The notes under the pieces: model-generated
What the model saw: only the letters and a program-made list of their open reading frames with translations
What the model was told of the DNA's origin: nothing
The model's database searches: none
Made by a program: the position numbers and the translations under genes
Shown here: positions 29,768-38,763 of the stretch, in pieces
Layout of the letters: every line of letters begins with the position of its first letter
Numbering within the stretch: position 1 is the first letter of the stretch
Origin: a bacterium
GTDB taxonomy: Bacteria > UBA8248
Length of the DNA stretch: 64,000 nt
Direction of reading: 5' to 3'
Assembly (NCBI GenBank): GCA_965213625.1
Contig: CBDBZU010000004.1
Coordinates: forward strand, 1,504,001 to 1,568,000

Positions 29768-30019
29768 CTACCAGCAGCAGGAGAGGCCTGCCGAAACAGC
29801 TTCGAGTTGCTCCTCGGTGATGTGCGGGTCCGGGGGCAACGCAATATGCACTGTCTGCATGTCGCTCTCATGAATCTTGATATTCATTGATTCGGGCATC
29901 GTGATGCCCAATTCCTCACAGATGGTCGACTTCGGGTCTGCGAGTAGCTGTTGCCTGAAATCCGCGTCCAGGGCGGACTTATCGACAATCTGCTTCAACA
30001 TTTCATCGCCGCTTCTCAT
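29768..30019 (-). CDS. NHLP-leader (proteusin) RiPP precursor, 83 aa, core LSCCW
   Basis: DADFRQQLLADPK...HIALPP...ITEEQLEAVSAG then LSCCW*; ATG at 30019 preceded by AAGGGG. Confidence 0.92.
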   Translation of the reverse strand: MRSGDEMLKQIVDKSALDADFRQQLLADPKSTICEELGITMPESMNIKIHESDMQTVHIALPPDPHITEEQLEAVSAGLSCCW

Positions 30020-30075
30020 GATACACCCCTTTGTATGGTTAGATGAACAATACAACCCATTCCTCAATAATATGG

Positions 30076-30105
30076 ATTTTATTCTTCGTTATTCTGCGAT
30101 GTCAA
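30076..30105 (-). promoter_or_regulatory. near-consensus sigma70 promoter of the precursor gene
   Basis: minus strand TTGACA (30105-30100), 18-nt spacer, TAAAAT (30081-30076). Confidence 0.7.
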
Positions 30106-30112
30106 TTTTTTT

Positions 30113-31524
30113 GGTCAAGTCCTGTAGATGCTGGATAATTTCTTTGGGCGCATATCGGCTGAGGGCTGCCTGATGTCGTTTTCCGCCTCGTAGTTCTGGT
30201 CCAGTTCCCTTCTGAGGGCGTCCATCTGGCGGCGCTCGAAGCCGGTGACCTTGAGCGCCCGCCATCGCTCGGAAGCCCGGATCATGGCGGCGAACATGAG
30301 CTTGAGCACCGGCTTCTCTCCGAAGGCGTTGGGGATGATTTTCATGCGCCGGCGCTCCTCGACGAACAAGCGTTCGAGCAGGTTCGTCGTGCGCACGGCC
30401 CGGCGGTGGTTGACGGGCGCTCGCAAGTGCGCGATGCAGGCTTCGAAGTCATCGCGGAAGCACGCCACGGCGCCGGGCAATTCGGACTCGTAGTCCCTGG
30501 CGAGCCCCTCGGCCAGTTCCCGGGCGATGGCGCGGGAGGGAGCCTGGTAGGCCGCCGTGGCCCGCGCCTTGAACTCCGGCCAGATGTCCTCGGGCGCCTT
30601 GGCCGCGAGGTTCCTCATCCGGTGCGCCAGGCAGCGTTGTCGCTCCGAGCGCGGGAAGCAGGTCTCGATCGCCTTGATGATGCCGGGCGCCCCGTCGCTG
30701 ACCACAACCAGCGGGTCGCCCAGGCCGCGGGCGCGCATGTCGTGGAAGAACGCGCTCACCGTCTCGGCGTCCTCCTTCGAACCCGCCATCAGATGCAGCA
30801 GGACCTTGGCGCCGTTCGCCGTGAATCCCCAGGCCGCCAATACCGGTTCGCGCTTGCTCCCCGGGCGGATACGTTCCGCAATCCCGTCGATGAACAGATA
30901 GACGACCTCGTATTCGCCCAGGTCCCGCGACGCGAACTCCTGGTAGTCCGCCCACAACCGCTCGCCGAGCTCCGAGACCGCCGTGCGCGAGAGCAGAAGA
31001 CGACCGCTCTCGTCGGTGAAGACGTCCTCGATGTCGCGCACCGACAGGCCGCGCGCCAATAGCTCCACCGCCAGCCCCTCGAGGGTCTCCGTGCGCCCCT
31101 TGAGGCCCTCCCGGATCTCCGAGCGGAACCCCTCCTCGCGCCCGGCAATCTGCGGCGCCGCGTACTCGACGAACCCTTCCGCCGTCTTCAGGCGACCCAG
31201 GCGGCGGCCGTTGCGATAGCCTTGGCCGGGCTTCGCGCCGTGTTCGTAGTACTCCCGGCCCAGAGCGTCTCGGCTCTCCGCCTCCAGCGCTTCTTCCACG
31301 ATGAGCCGCGTGGCGAGCTTCACCAGGTCGGCTCGCGCATCGGGACTCGACAGACGGCCTTCGATCAAGTCGGACAGGGATTGGCGAGTATGCATCGATG
31401 CCTGTATTCTCTTCTTCATGGGGTTGCCTCCTCGGTTGGATGCCGGCGCTTACCGGCACGGTTTTGTGATGCCTCCGCCGAGGATGCACCCCTCTAATTT
31501 TTCCAGCAAGTTTAGGACTTCACC
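30113..31524 (-). mobile_element. intact IS256-family insertion sequence
   Basis: imperfect TIRs GGTCAAGTCCTGTAGATGCTGGA / GGTGAAGTCCTAAACTTGCTGGA; 8-bp target duplication ATTTTTTT at 30105-30112 and 31525-31532. Confidence 0.93.
30115..31419 (-). CDS. IS256 family transposase
   Basis: GYRNG, GLSVRDIE, YLFIDG, VVSDG, QRCLAH, RTTNLLER. Confidence 0.95.
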   Translation of the reverse strand: MKKRIQASMHTRQSLSDLIEGRLSSPDARADLVKLATRLIVEEALEAESRDALGREYYEHGAKPGQGYRNGRRLGRLKTAEGFVEYAAPQIAGREEGFRSEIREGLKGRTETLEGLAVELLARGLSVRDIEDVFTDESGRLLLSRTAVSELGERLWADYQEFASRDLGEYEVVYLFIDGIAERIRPGSKREPVLAAWGFTANGAKVLLHLMAGSKEDAETVSAFFHDMRARGLGDPLVVVSDGAPGIIKAIETCFPRSERQRCLAHRMRNLAAKAPEDIWPEFKARATAAYQAPSRAIARELAEGLARDYESELPGAVACFRDDFEACIAHLRAPVNHRRAVRTTNLLERLFVEERRRMKIIPNAFGEKPVLKLMFAAMIRASERWRALKVTGFERRQMDALRRELDQNYEAENDIRQPSADMRPKKLSSIYRT

Positions 31525-31925
31525 ATTTTTTTTTTAGTATTTCACTTAAATATTAATTTTTTAAAATACGATATCTCGTGAATAGGGAGTTGAGGAAACT
31601 ACCGTTAACTTTGTTGTATGGGTACCGGGAGTCAAGCGGTCCACCTGCCCGATTTTCAGAAAATTAGGCGATTACGGCCTGATTACGGGAGGGGGGTACG
31701 CCTGTTGCGGATAGGCCACTGTGCCTGACCTTGCCTACCGCGCCTGTCCACCCCCCCCCCGTGCCGAATACGCAAATTCGATTGCGTATCCCGCGGCAAG
31801 AAAGCTATGATGCCGCCGCCATCAAGCGCATCCGCACAATCACTGTTTCCCGGACGGTCTCCAGAGTCGATTGGAACCCGGCTCCGGGAATATAATATTG
31901 TCCTCGTTTTTTAGGGAGATGAATC

Positions 31926-32834
31926 ATGGAGAAAAGAACACTCGGACGCACGGGTTTGGAAGTCACGGTCATCGGGTTCGGCGCCATGACCATCGGGGGC
32001 GTGTTCGGCCCCGTGGACGACGGGGAGAGCAACCGCGCCCTGCACGCCGCTATCGATTCGGGCATGAACTTCATCGACACCTCTGACGCATACGGCGCCG
32101 GCCACAGCGAGACTGTCATCGGCAAGTTCCTCACCGAGCGCACGGACCGCGCCGACATCCTCATCTTCACCAAGGGCGGGAACGACATGTCGACGGGCGC
32201 GCGCAATTTCACGCCCGAGTACATCGGGGGCTGTCTGGAGGGGAGCTTGAAGCGTCTCGGGATGGACGCCATCGACTACTACCAGCTTCACAACCCCACC
32301 GTCGACAACATGGCGGCGGAGGACAGCTACGCCCTTCTGGAGAAGGCGAAGGACGACGGGAAGATCAAGCACTGGGGCGTTTCGATAAACACGGTGGAGG
32401 AATGCAACCTGGCCGCGGATCAGAACAAGCCCTCCACTATGCAGATGGAATACAACGTCATCAGCCAGGAGGCGGCGCCAGCCTTCGCCCGCGCGAAAGC
32501 GGCAGACGTGGGCGTAATTTCCCGCGTACCCCTGAAGCGGGGCTTTCTCTCGGGCCGCATCGACGAGGCGTTCGAGTTCGCCGAAGGCGACCGGCGAAAG
32601 GGCATCCTCTCGCCCGAGAACATCCGCAAGTTCCAGACCCAGCTCTCCCGCACCAGCGAGGTGGCGGCGAACCTGGGCATTACGGCGGCCCAGGCGGCCA
32701 TACGGTTTTGCGTCTCGAACGAGAACGTGAGCTGCGTGATTCCGGGCATCAGGACGCCCGAGCAGTCCGAGCAGAACGCCGCATGCGGCGAATCCCTGCC
32801 CGCCGAAGCCGTCAGGAGGCTCCAGGAGGTCTAG
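31926..32834 (+). CDS. aldo/keto reductase
   Basis: RTLGRTG, FIDTSDAYG, SLKRL, DYYQLH, IPG. Confidence 0.93.
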   Translation: MEKRTLGRTGLEVTVIGFGAMTIGGVFGPVDDGESNRALHAAIDSGMNFIDTSDAYGAGHSETVIGKFLTERTDRADILIFTKGGNDMSTGARNFTPEYIGGCLEGSLKRLGMDAIDYYQLHNPTVDNMAAEDSYALLEKAKDDGKIKHWGVSINTVEECNLAADQNKPSTMQMEYNVISQEAAPAFARAKAADVGVISRVPLKRGFLSGRIDEAFEFAEGDRRKGILSPENIRKFQTQLSRTSEVAANLGITAAQAAIRFCVSNENVSCVIPGIRTPEQSEQNAACGESLPAEAVRRLQEV

Positions 32835-32861
32835 GTTAGTGCAGGAGGGCGCAATGGTTTT

Positions 32862-32938
32862 GTAGGGACAACCCTCCGTGGTTGTCCTGCCTTCCTTGGT
32901 TGTCCTTCGTCAGGACAGGCACGGAGGCCTGTCCCTAC
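32862..32938. repeat. inverted pair of GTAG-type REP palindromes (REPIN-like)
   Basis: GTAGGGACAACCCTCCGTGGTTGTCCT ... AGGACAGGCACGGAGGCCTGTCCCTAC. Confidence 0.75.
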
Positions 32939-33053
32939 GTTGAACAGTTCGATGATCGGGATTCCCTCCCTCCTCGGGAGAGAGACTTTTTAACAATCCC
33001 GTGACGTTCAAGACGCCGTAATTTCTTTGTTGTGGACAATGGAGGAGACGAAA

Positions 33054-33455
33054 ATGCCTGTGACGAATTGGGACGAACTGCCTGTCAAGGTGCCGTTCCC
33101 GGGGGTGGAAGTGGGCCTCGTGAGCGGGAAGCACTGCATGATCAGCTACATCCACGCGAAAGGCGGGAATTCCACCCGCAGGCACCACCATGAGGCGGAG
33201 CAGATTTTCTGCCTCATCAGCGGCTCCGCCCGCGTGCAGTGTGGAGACGACCCGGTGGCGGTCTTGAAGCCGGGCGACGTCTGGTACGTGCCGCCGCACA
33301 CCGAGCACCAGGCGGACTATCTCGAAGACACGGTGGCCTTCGAGGCCGCAGGCCCCATACGGCTGGACAACTTCGCCGGCTACCTGCACCCGGACACGCA
33401 TTTCGTCGAGCAAAGCGACCTCGCGGCGGACATGGAGCGGGAACAGGCCGGGTAA
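33054..33455 (+). CDS. cupin domain protein
   Basis: HHHEAEQ and PGDVWYVPPHTEH cupin motifs; GGAGGAG RBS. Confidence 0.85.
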   Translation: MPVTNWDELPVKVPFPGVEVGLVSGKHCMISYIHAKGGNSTRRHHHEAEQIFCLISGSARVQCGDDPVAVLKPGDVWYVPPHTEHQADYLEDTVAFEAAGPIRLDNFAGYLHPDTHFVEQSDLAADMEREQAG

Positions 33456-33505
33456 GGGAGTTTCCGGTTTTCGCTTTGCCCGCATGCCCGACGGCAAAAA
33501 AGAAT

Positions 33506-33664
33506 AACCCCCCTGCCCCTTTATCAGGGGGGCTGTGATTTTACCCCTCTGTCAAGGGGGGATACAGGGGGTTGGTTTTTCTCGTAGGGGCGGACCTATG
33601 TGTCCGCCCGGTTGGCTCATTGCCCGAGATAAACCACCGCCATTCCTGCGAAAGCCGGAATCCA
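33506..33664. repeat. cluster of short palindromic repeats of three types
   Basis: TTACCCCTCTGTCAAGGGGGGATACAGGGGGTT (similar copy at 46473-46504), GTAGGGGCGGACCTATGTGTCCGCCC (33584-33609), CATTCCTGCGAAAGCCGGAATCCA (33641-33664). Confidence 0.65.
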
Positions 33665-34025
33665 TGTGATTTTGCCTTTGGTGTTGCGCTGTAGCCGGCC
33701 GGAAATAATTTCGAATTGGGACAGAAATAACTGCGAATGGCCTTGGAAAAACGCCGGTTTTCGGGCCATGGGTCACTTGTAAATCGAGGCGGATTCCTCA
33801 GCAGCCCTCTCCGCGTCATCGCTCCAATCGCCCTCGCACTTGTAGGGAAAACTCAATATCACAACGGAGTCGGGTTTGACTCTGCCATGCTCGCCGTCCG
33901 CGCCACCTCCTTGGTCCGCGCGCAAACTATCCCTGAGCGGATAGACTGAAGAACTTGCTCTTGCTGAGGAGTTGTTCCACCGGTAGAGTGATGCGGACGT
34001 TCGAGGCCCCGCGCGGAATGGAGGG

Positions 34026-35894
34026 ATGATGACGGAACGCAAGCCAAAATCCCGCCACGAGTCGATAAAGGCGGGCGATTTCTTTCGTGTCGGCATGCTG
34101 GATGAGCTGAAACGCAATCGCATGAAAGTGGTGAGCGGCCGGCGCCATCCCATCCTTGTGGTGTATGAGCAGGGCTGCCTTCACGCGCTCGACAACCGCT
34201 GTCCCCATCTCGGCTTCCCGCTCCAACGGGGGTCGGTGGAGAACGGCATCCTCACCTGCCACTGGCATCACGCCCGCTTCGATCTCGAGAGCGGTTGTAC
34301 CTTTGATCTGTGGGCCGACGATGTGCCGAGGGCCAAGGTCGAGGTGCGAGGCGATGCGGTCTGGGTCGCGGCCGATTGCAGTTATCCTGACGAGGGCGAC
34401 TATTGGCGCACGCGGCTCGGCGACGCCATGGCGCACGACCTGGATCTGGTAGCCGGGAAGGCGGTGCTCGGACTGCTCGATCAATCCGTTGCGAGCGCCG
34501 ATATCCTCGCCGATGCCTTCCTGTTCGGCGCGCGGAATCGCGATGACTGGAGTGCCGGTTCTACGATTCTGGCCGCGTTGGCGAACGTGTTGCCGAGCCT
34601 CGATGAGGACGACCGCTATCTCGCGCTGTTCAAGGGCATCTCCGAGGTGGCCGGCGACTGTGCCGGCGAGATGCCGCGCCGCGACCGCAAGCCCTTAGCC
34701 AAGGCCGCGCCGTCGCGGGACACCATGCGGGACTGGCTCCGGCACTGGTCCCTGGTGCGTCACCGTGACGGCGCGGAGCGCACCGTGCTGACCGCGATCG
34801 CCGCCGGTGCGATGCCCGCGGAGCTCGCCGATCTCCTGATCACCGCACAGACCGATCGCTACTATGCCGATCGCGGCCACAGCCTCGATTTCATCAACAA
34901 GGCGATGGAGTGCCTCGATACCATCGGCTGGCAACACGCCGAGGCTATCCTTCCCACGGTGGTCAAGACCATGGTGGCAGCGCGCGGCGAGGAGGAGGCG
35001 AACGCCTGGCGCCACCCGCTCGATCTGGTGCCCCTCCTGGAGGCGGCCTTCGCCGAGCTTCCCGAGCTTTTCAGGAAGGGGGGCGAGACGAAGGGCGTCT
35101 GGCGGGATCACCGCGTGCTGGCCGGGGCAATCCTCGGTGAGGAGGCCGAGCCCATCATCGCCGCCATCAACGCCGCCATCGCCGCTGGCGCCCGGCCGAC
35201 GGACCTGTCCCGCGCGCTCGCTTATGCGGCGGCGATCCGCGTGGCGCGCTTCGGCACCTCGAACGAGTTTTCCGACTGGAACGCGGCGCTTCACGCCTTC
35301 ACCTACGCAAACGCATTGCATCAGGTTCTAAAGCGTATCACCGCGGAGGGCATGGCGCCGCCCGAGGCCCATGGCAACGTTGTACGCGGCGTGTTCCACG
35401 GCGCCATGGCGGTCTATACGAACCGCTTTCTCAATGTGCCCCCGGCTCGACTGCCGGAGGAGGAGCCTGCGTCGTTGGCCCAACTCCCCGTGGACGCGAC
35501 GGCGCTCCGTCGGGGCCTGCTCGATGTGATGGACCGCCAGCAGCAGGTCCAGCCGGCGGCGCGGCTGGTCGCTCGGTATTTGAACCAGGGCCACGATCCC
35601 GCAGATATCATCGCGACGCTAGGCCATGCGCTCCTGCGCGAGGACGCGAGCTTTCACATGTTCCAAATGTACGAGGCGGGCGTGCAACAGTACCGCGAGT
35701 GGGCGGGTGAGCCCGAAGGCGGTCACATTCTGATAGCCGTGACCCGCTTTCTCGCCGCGCATTCCCCGACCCAGCGCGCCAGGCACCAGACCGCGACCAT
35801 CGCCCGCCGGCTGCATCGCGGGGACAGCGTGCATGAGAGCGAGGGCGGGGACGCGGCCGATCCGGATGCCCTGTCCGATTCGGCTGCGAAATAG
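34026..35894 (+). CDS. Rieske [2Fe-2S] domain protein with a long helical C-terminal region
   Basis: NRCPHLG...TCHWHHARFD; the remainder is not recognised. Confidence 0.8.
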   Translation: MMTERKPKSRHESIKAGDFFRVGMLDELKRNRMKVVSGRRHPILVVYEQGCLHALDNRCPHLGFPLQRGSVENGILTCHWHHARFDLESGCTFDLWADDVPRAKVEVRGDAVWVAADCSYPDEGDYWRTRLGDAMAHDLDLVAGKAVLGLLDQSVASADILADAFLFGARNRDDWSAGSTILAALANVLPSLDEDDRYLALFKGISEVAGDCAGEMPRRDRKPLAKAAPSRDTMRDWLRHWSLVRHRDGAERTVLTAIAAGAMPAELADLLITAQTDRYYADRGHSLDFINKAMECLDTIGWQHAEAILPTVVKTMVAARGEEEANAWRHPLDLVPLLEAAFAELPELFRKGGETKGVWRDHRVLAGAILGEEAEPIIAAINAAIAAGARPTDLSRALAYAAAIRVARFGTSNEFSDWNAALHAFTYANALHQVLKRITAEGMAPPEAHGNVVRGVFHGAMAVYTNRFLNVPPARLPEEEPASLAQLPVDATALRRGLLDVMDRQQQVQPAARLVARYLNQGHDPADIIATLGHALLREDASFHMFQMYEAGVQQYREWAGEPEGGHILIAVTRFLAAHSPTQRARHQTATIARRLHRGDSVHESEGGDAADPDALSDSAAK

Positions 35895-35971
35895 GTTTGG
35901 ACGAATGCCGACGCCTTTCGCTTCGAGACCATCCGGCCCGCTCGCTATACGGGGCGCACGCCGCAGGCCGC

Positions 35972-36122
35972 GCACCAAGCGGATTACCTCGTAGACACGG
36001 TGGCCTTCGAGGCCACAGGCCCCATACGGCTGGACAATTTCGCGGGCTGCCTCCACCCGGACACGCAATTCGTCGATCAAAGGGAACTGGCGGCGGACAT
36101 GGATTGGGAGCAAGCCGGGTAG
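35972..36122 (+). pseudogene. diverged duplicate of the 3' end of the cupin gene
   Basis: aligns without gaps to 33305-33455 (HQADYLVDTVAFEATGPIRLDNFAG...EQAG*), offset 2667 bp. Confidence 0.88.
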
Positions 36123-36365
36123 GGATGCGTGGTAAACGGGCACGAGAAATGGAATTTGTAGCCGGACAGGTCCTCGCGTCTGTCCTTACGACCCCGCGAC
36201 CGCTGATGGCCGTCATTGTGGTAAACTCGACCGCAGGCGCGAATCGGCGGTTCTTGAATGAGCGTTGTGGAGAACCGGATCATAAGTTCGGATGAACGCA
36301 TATGGGTCGGGCCTTAAAGGTAATAAATTGTATTTGACCGACGTCGAGCGAAGGGAGGAAAAATC

Positions 36366-36569
36366 GTGAAACTCAAGGTAGTCGTTCACGAGGCGGAAGA
36401 AGGTGGATTTTGGGCCGAGGTCCCGGCCGTCCCCGGGTGTGCGACGCAGGGAGATACGTTCGAGGAGTTGTTGAGCAATCTTTACGAGGCGGTAGAAGGA
36501 TGCCTGTCCGTGGATGTTCGTGAAGTGGACGTTTCGGGCGCAGGCAGGGTCGTCGAGATCGCCGTGTGA
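36366..36569 (+). CDS. hicB: short HicB family antitoxin
   Basis: EEGGFWAEVPAVPGCATQGDTFEE. Confidence 0.9.
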   Translation: MKLKVVVHEAEEGGFWAEVPAVPGCATQGDTFEELLSNLYEAVEGCLSVDVREVDVSGAGRVVEIAV

Positions 36570-36772
36570 AAATCGTCAGTGGAAAGCGCTTTTGCCGTAT
36601 ATTGGAAGCGAAGGGCTGGCAACTGGCGCGCACTCGTGGCAGCCACCGCATTTACGCGAAACAGGGTTCGGATTTCCGCATCTCGGTGCCGGTCCATGGC
36701 GACGTGTCGCTTAAGCGCGGCTTGCAGAGACATCTCATGAAGCTGGCGGATATCAAGGATTCCGAACTGTAG
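36566..36772 (+). CDS. hicA: HicA family mRNA interferase toxin
   Basis: LEAKGW, RGSH, VPVHG; GTGA overlap with hicB. Confidence 0.9.
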   Translation: MKIVSGKRFCRILEAKGWQLARTRGSHRIYAKQGSDFRISVPVHGDVSLKRGLQRHLMKLADIKDSEL

Positions 36773-36876
36773 GCCGGGAGCACGGACGCCGCAATTTACC
36801 CACCCACATCGGCTCTGGCCAACCTGTCGGTCGCCGCCAACATTCGCCGGAATATCGATCAAACGCCGCCTTCACC

Positions 36877-36933
36877 GTAGGGACAGGCCTCCGTGCCTGC
36901 CCGGGGATCGACGCGCCTGCCCGAAACCCCTAC
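36877..36933. repeat. GTAG-type REP palindrome
   Basis: GTAGGGACAGGCCTCCGTGCCTGCCC is nearly the reverse complement of 32912-32938; closed by CCCCTAC. Confidence 0.75.
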
Positions 36934-38183
36934 GTATTCGGCAGAATCGCCGCATCCTCCGCTTCGGGATGAATTTCGCCGAAAGAGAAATTCCTGGTCC
37001 GGCCTCCTGCATCGAAATCGATGATCTCGGCTTCGTGGATTACCTTGTCGATCATCTCCTGTACGGGCAGGCGGGATTCCAGCCCGCGCAGGTGTCCCGC
37101 ATGGGAGCGGATGGCGGGGTGTTTGGGCACGAACAGCGAGCAGCAATCCTGGTCGGGCTCGATGGAAATCTCAAAGGTGCCGAGTTTTTTCGCCCCCTCG
37201 ATTATCTCGTCTTTATCCATGCCGATCAGAGGCCTCAGGATCGGCAACTGCACCGCATCCTCGATGGCGGCCAGGTTATGGAGCGTCTGGCTCGCCACCT
37301 GGCCCAGGCTCTCTCCGGTGACGAGGGCGCGGGCATTCTCGAGCCTGGCTATCTGCTCTGCGATGCGCACCATGAACCGTCGGTAGAGTACGACGCGATA
37401 TTCGGGTTTTGTGGCGAGAACGATCTCTTTTTGCAGGTTCCCGAACGGGATCATGTAGAGCCTGCCGCCCAACTGGTAGCCGTTCAGCACGTGGGCCAGG
37501 TCCTTCGCCTTATCGGCGGATGCGCGGCTTAAATAGGGCGCGCCGTGAAAATGGATGAACACCACCTCGCAGCCCCGCTTCATGATGCGCCAGGCGGCCA
37601 GCGGCGAGTCGATGCCGCCCGACAGGAGCGCCGCCACCCTGCCGACCGAGCCGACGGGCAAGCCGCCGGGACCCGGAATCTTCTCGGCGTACACCCAGGC
37701 TTCCCTTGGAATGACCTCGATGTGCACCGTAAGGCCGGGACGCTCCAGATCGACTGGCAGGTGTCTTCTGGCCTGAATCCTTCCGCCGATCGTCCTGTCC
37801 CACTCCCTCGTGCTGATGGGCGTGGTCGGGAACGATTTCCGGGTCCGCACCCGGAAACTGTTGATTTTCAGGGGAGCGATCATTTCGAGCGCCGTATTCG
37901 CCGCCGCCTCGAGATCGAGCGGAACGCTTTGCGCCCGGGCGAAATAAGCGACCCCGAATACCTTGCCGAGCGCCTCGATCAGGTCGTCGGGCGCTTTGAG
38001 GCCGCTCGTTTCCAGAATCAGCCTTCCCGTACGTTTCCTGACTTTCGCTTCGCAGAATAAGGAAGCCGCGCGCTCTATCCTCTGGGAGAGGCGCTCGATG
38101 AACAGCGGGCGGTTTTTTCCCTTGAGTCCAATCTCATCGTAATGAATGAGGATGGAGAGGTCTTTCGGTTCCCTGGAATTCAC
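36930..38183 (-). CDS. thiI: tRNA 4-thiouridine(8) synthase
   Basis: YDEIGLKGKNR, THUMP region, LSGGIDSP, TGESLGQVASQT, DCC; GTG at 38183 overlaps the upstream TGA. Confidence 0.93.
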   Translation of the reverse strand: MNSREPKDLSILIHYDEIGLKGKNRPLFIERLSQRIERAASLFCEAKVRKRTGRLILETSGLKAPDDLIEALGKVFGVAYFARAQSVPLDLEAAANTALEMIAPLKINSFRVRTRKSFPTTPISTREWDRTIGGRIQARRHLPVDLERPGLTVHIEVIPREAWVYAEKIPGPGGLPVGSVGRVAALLSGGIDSPLAAWRIMKRGCEVVFIHFHGAPYLSRASADKAKDLAHVLNGYQLGGRLYMIPFGNLQKEIVLATKPEYRVVLYRRFMVRIAEQIARLENARALVTGESLGQVASQTLHNLAAIEDAVQLPILRPLIGMDKDEIIEGAKKLGTFEISIEPDQDCCSLFVPKHPAIRSHAGHLRGLESRLPVQEMIDKVIHEAEIIDFDAGGRTRNFSFGEIHPEAEDAAILPNT

Positions 38184-38575
38184 GGTGTTTTCTCCAGAAG
38201 AACCTCCTCCCCGGAGCGAACGCTCAAAAATTCTTTCGGATCGCCCATCACTTTGCCCAGCGGATTCACGGGGCTGGCCGCGCGGGGCGCATCGTCCACG
38301 CTCGCAGGCGTTCTGCCGAAAAAGATGCAGAATGCGCCTCCGGGAGGCCAGTAGGCGATCTCTCCGACTTCCATCTCCTCGCGCGCGGAATCCTCCAGCG
38401 GCGCATCGACCGGAATCTGAAAATAGATTTCCTCGCCCCATACGTTCGCCATGCCGGTAATCGGCAAAGCCTCCCACAAGGTGCTCGCGGATTCAGACTC
38501 CTTCAGTTCCGCCTCCATGCTTATGTTGCCGATAGTGATTTGCATTTTTCTGCTCAAAACCGGAACTCTCCTCAT
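38180..38575 (-). CDS. cyclophilin-like fold protein (DUF369-like)
   Basis: ALPI, WGEEIYF, GEIAYWPPGGAFCIFFG; the start may be 38545. Confidence 0.8.
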   Translation of the reverse strand: MRRVPVLSRKMQITIGNISMEAELKESESASTLWEALPITGMANVWGEEIYFQIPVDAPLEDSAREEMEVGEIAYWPPGGAFCIFFGRTPASVDDAPRAASPVNPLGKVMGDPKEFLSVRSGEEVLLEKTP

Positions 38576-38646
38576 GGTTGGATAATCGCCTTGTTTCTGG
38601 CAACATAGCCGAGCTTCGTCTTGAGGAAAAGGGGCGTTTCATCGCC

Positions 38647-38675
38647 TTGACACCCTTGGGCCTCCTCAATAGATT
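38647..38675 (+). promoter_or_regulatory. sigma70-type promoter upstream of the ispB operon
   Basis: TTGACA, 17-nt spacer, TAGATT. Confidence 0.6.
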
Positions 38676-38763
38676 GAGTTGCTCTTGAGTTCAGCTCTCA
38701 GGGAAATTTGTCGGGAGAAGGAAAACTTCGTTTCGGGAGAAGTTCCAGCAGTTCGGAGGTGGA

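Noticed and set aside
31751-31760. C10 homopolymer as a phase-variation tract
   Set aside because: It is intergenic and not clearly within a promoter spacer; it may be chance or a sequencing artefact.
32862-33664. CRISPR array
   Set aside because: The palindromes are heterogeneous and irregularly spaced, and there are no cas genes.
33737-34010. short ORFs upstream of the Rieske gene
   Set aside because: No recognisable motif or RBS in any frame; possibly a gene remnant, but unsupported.
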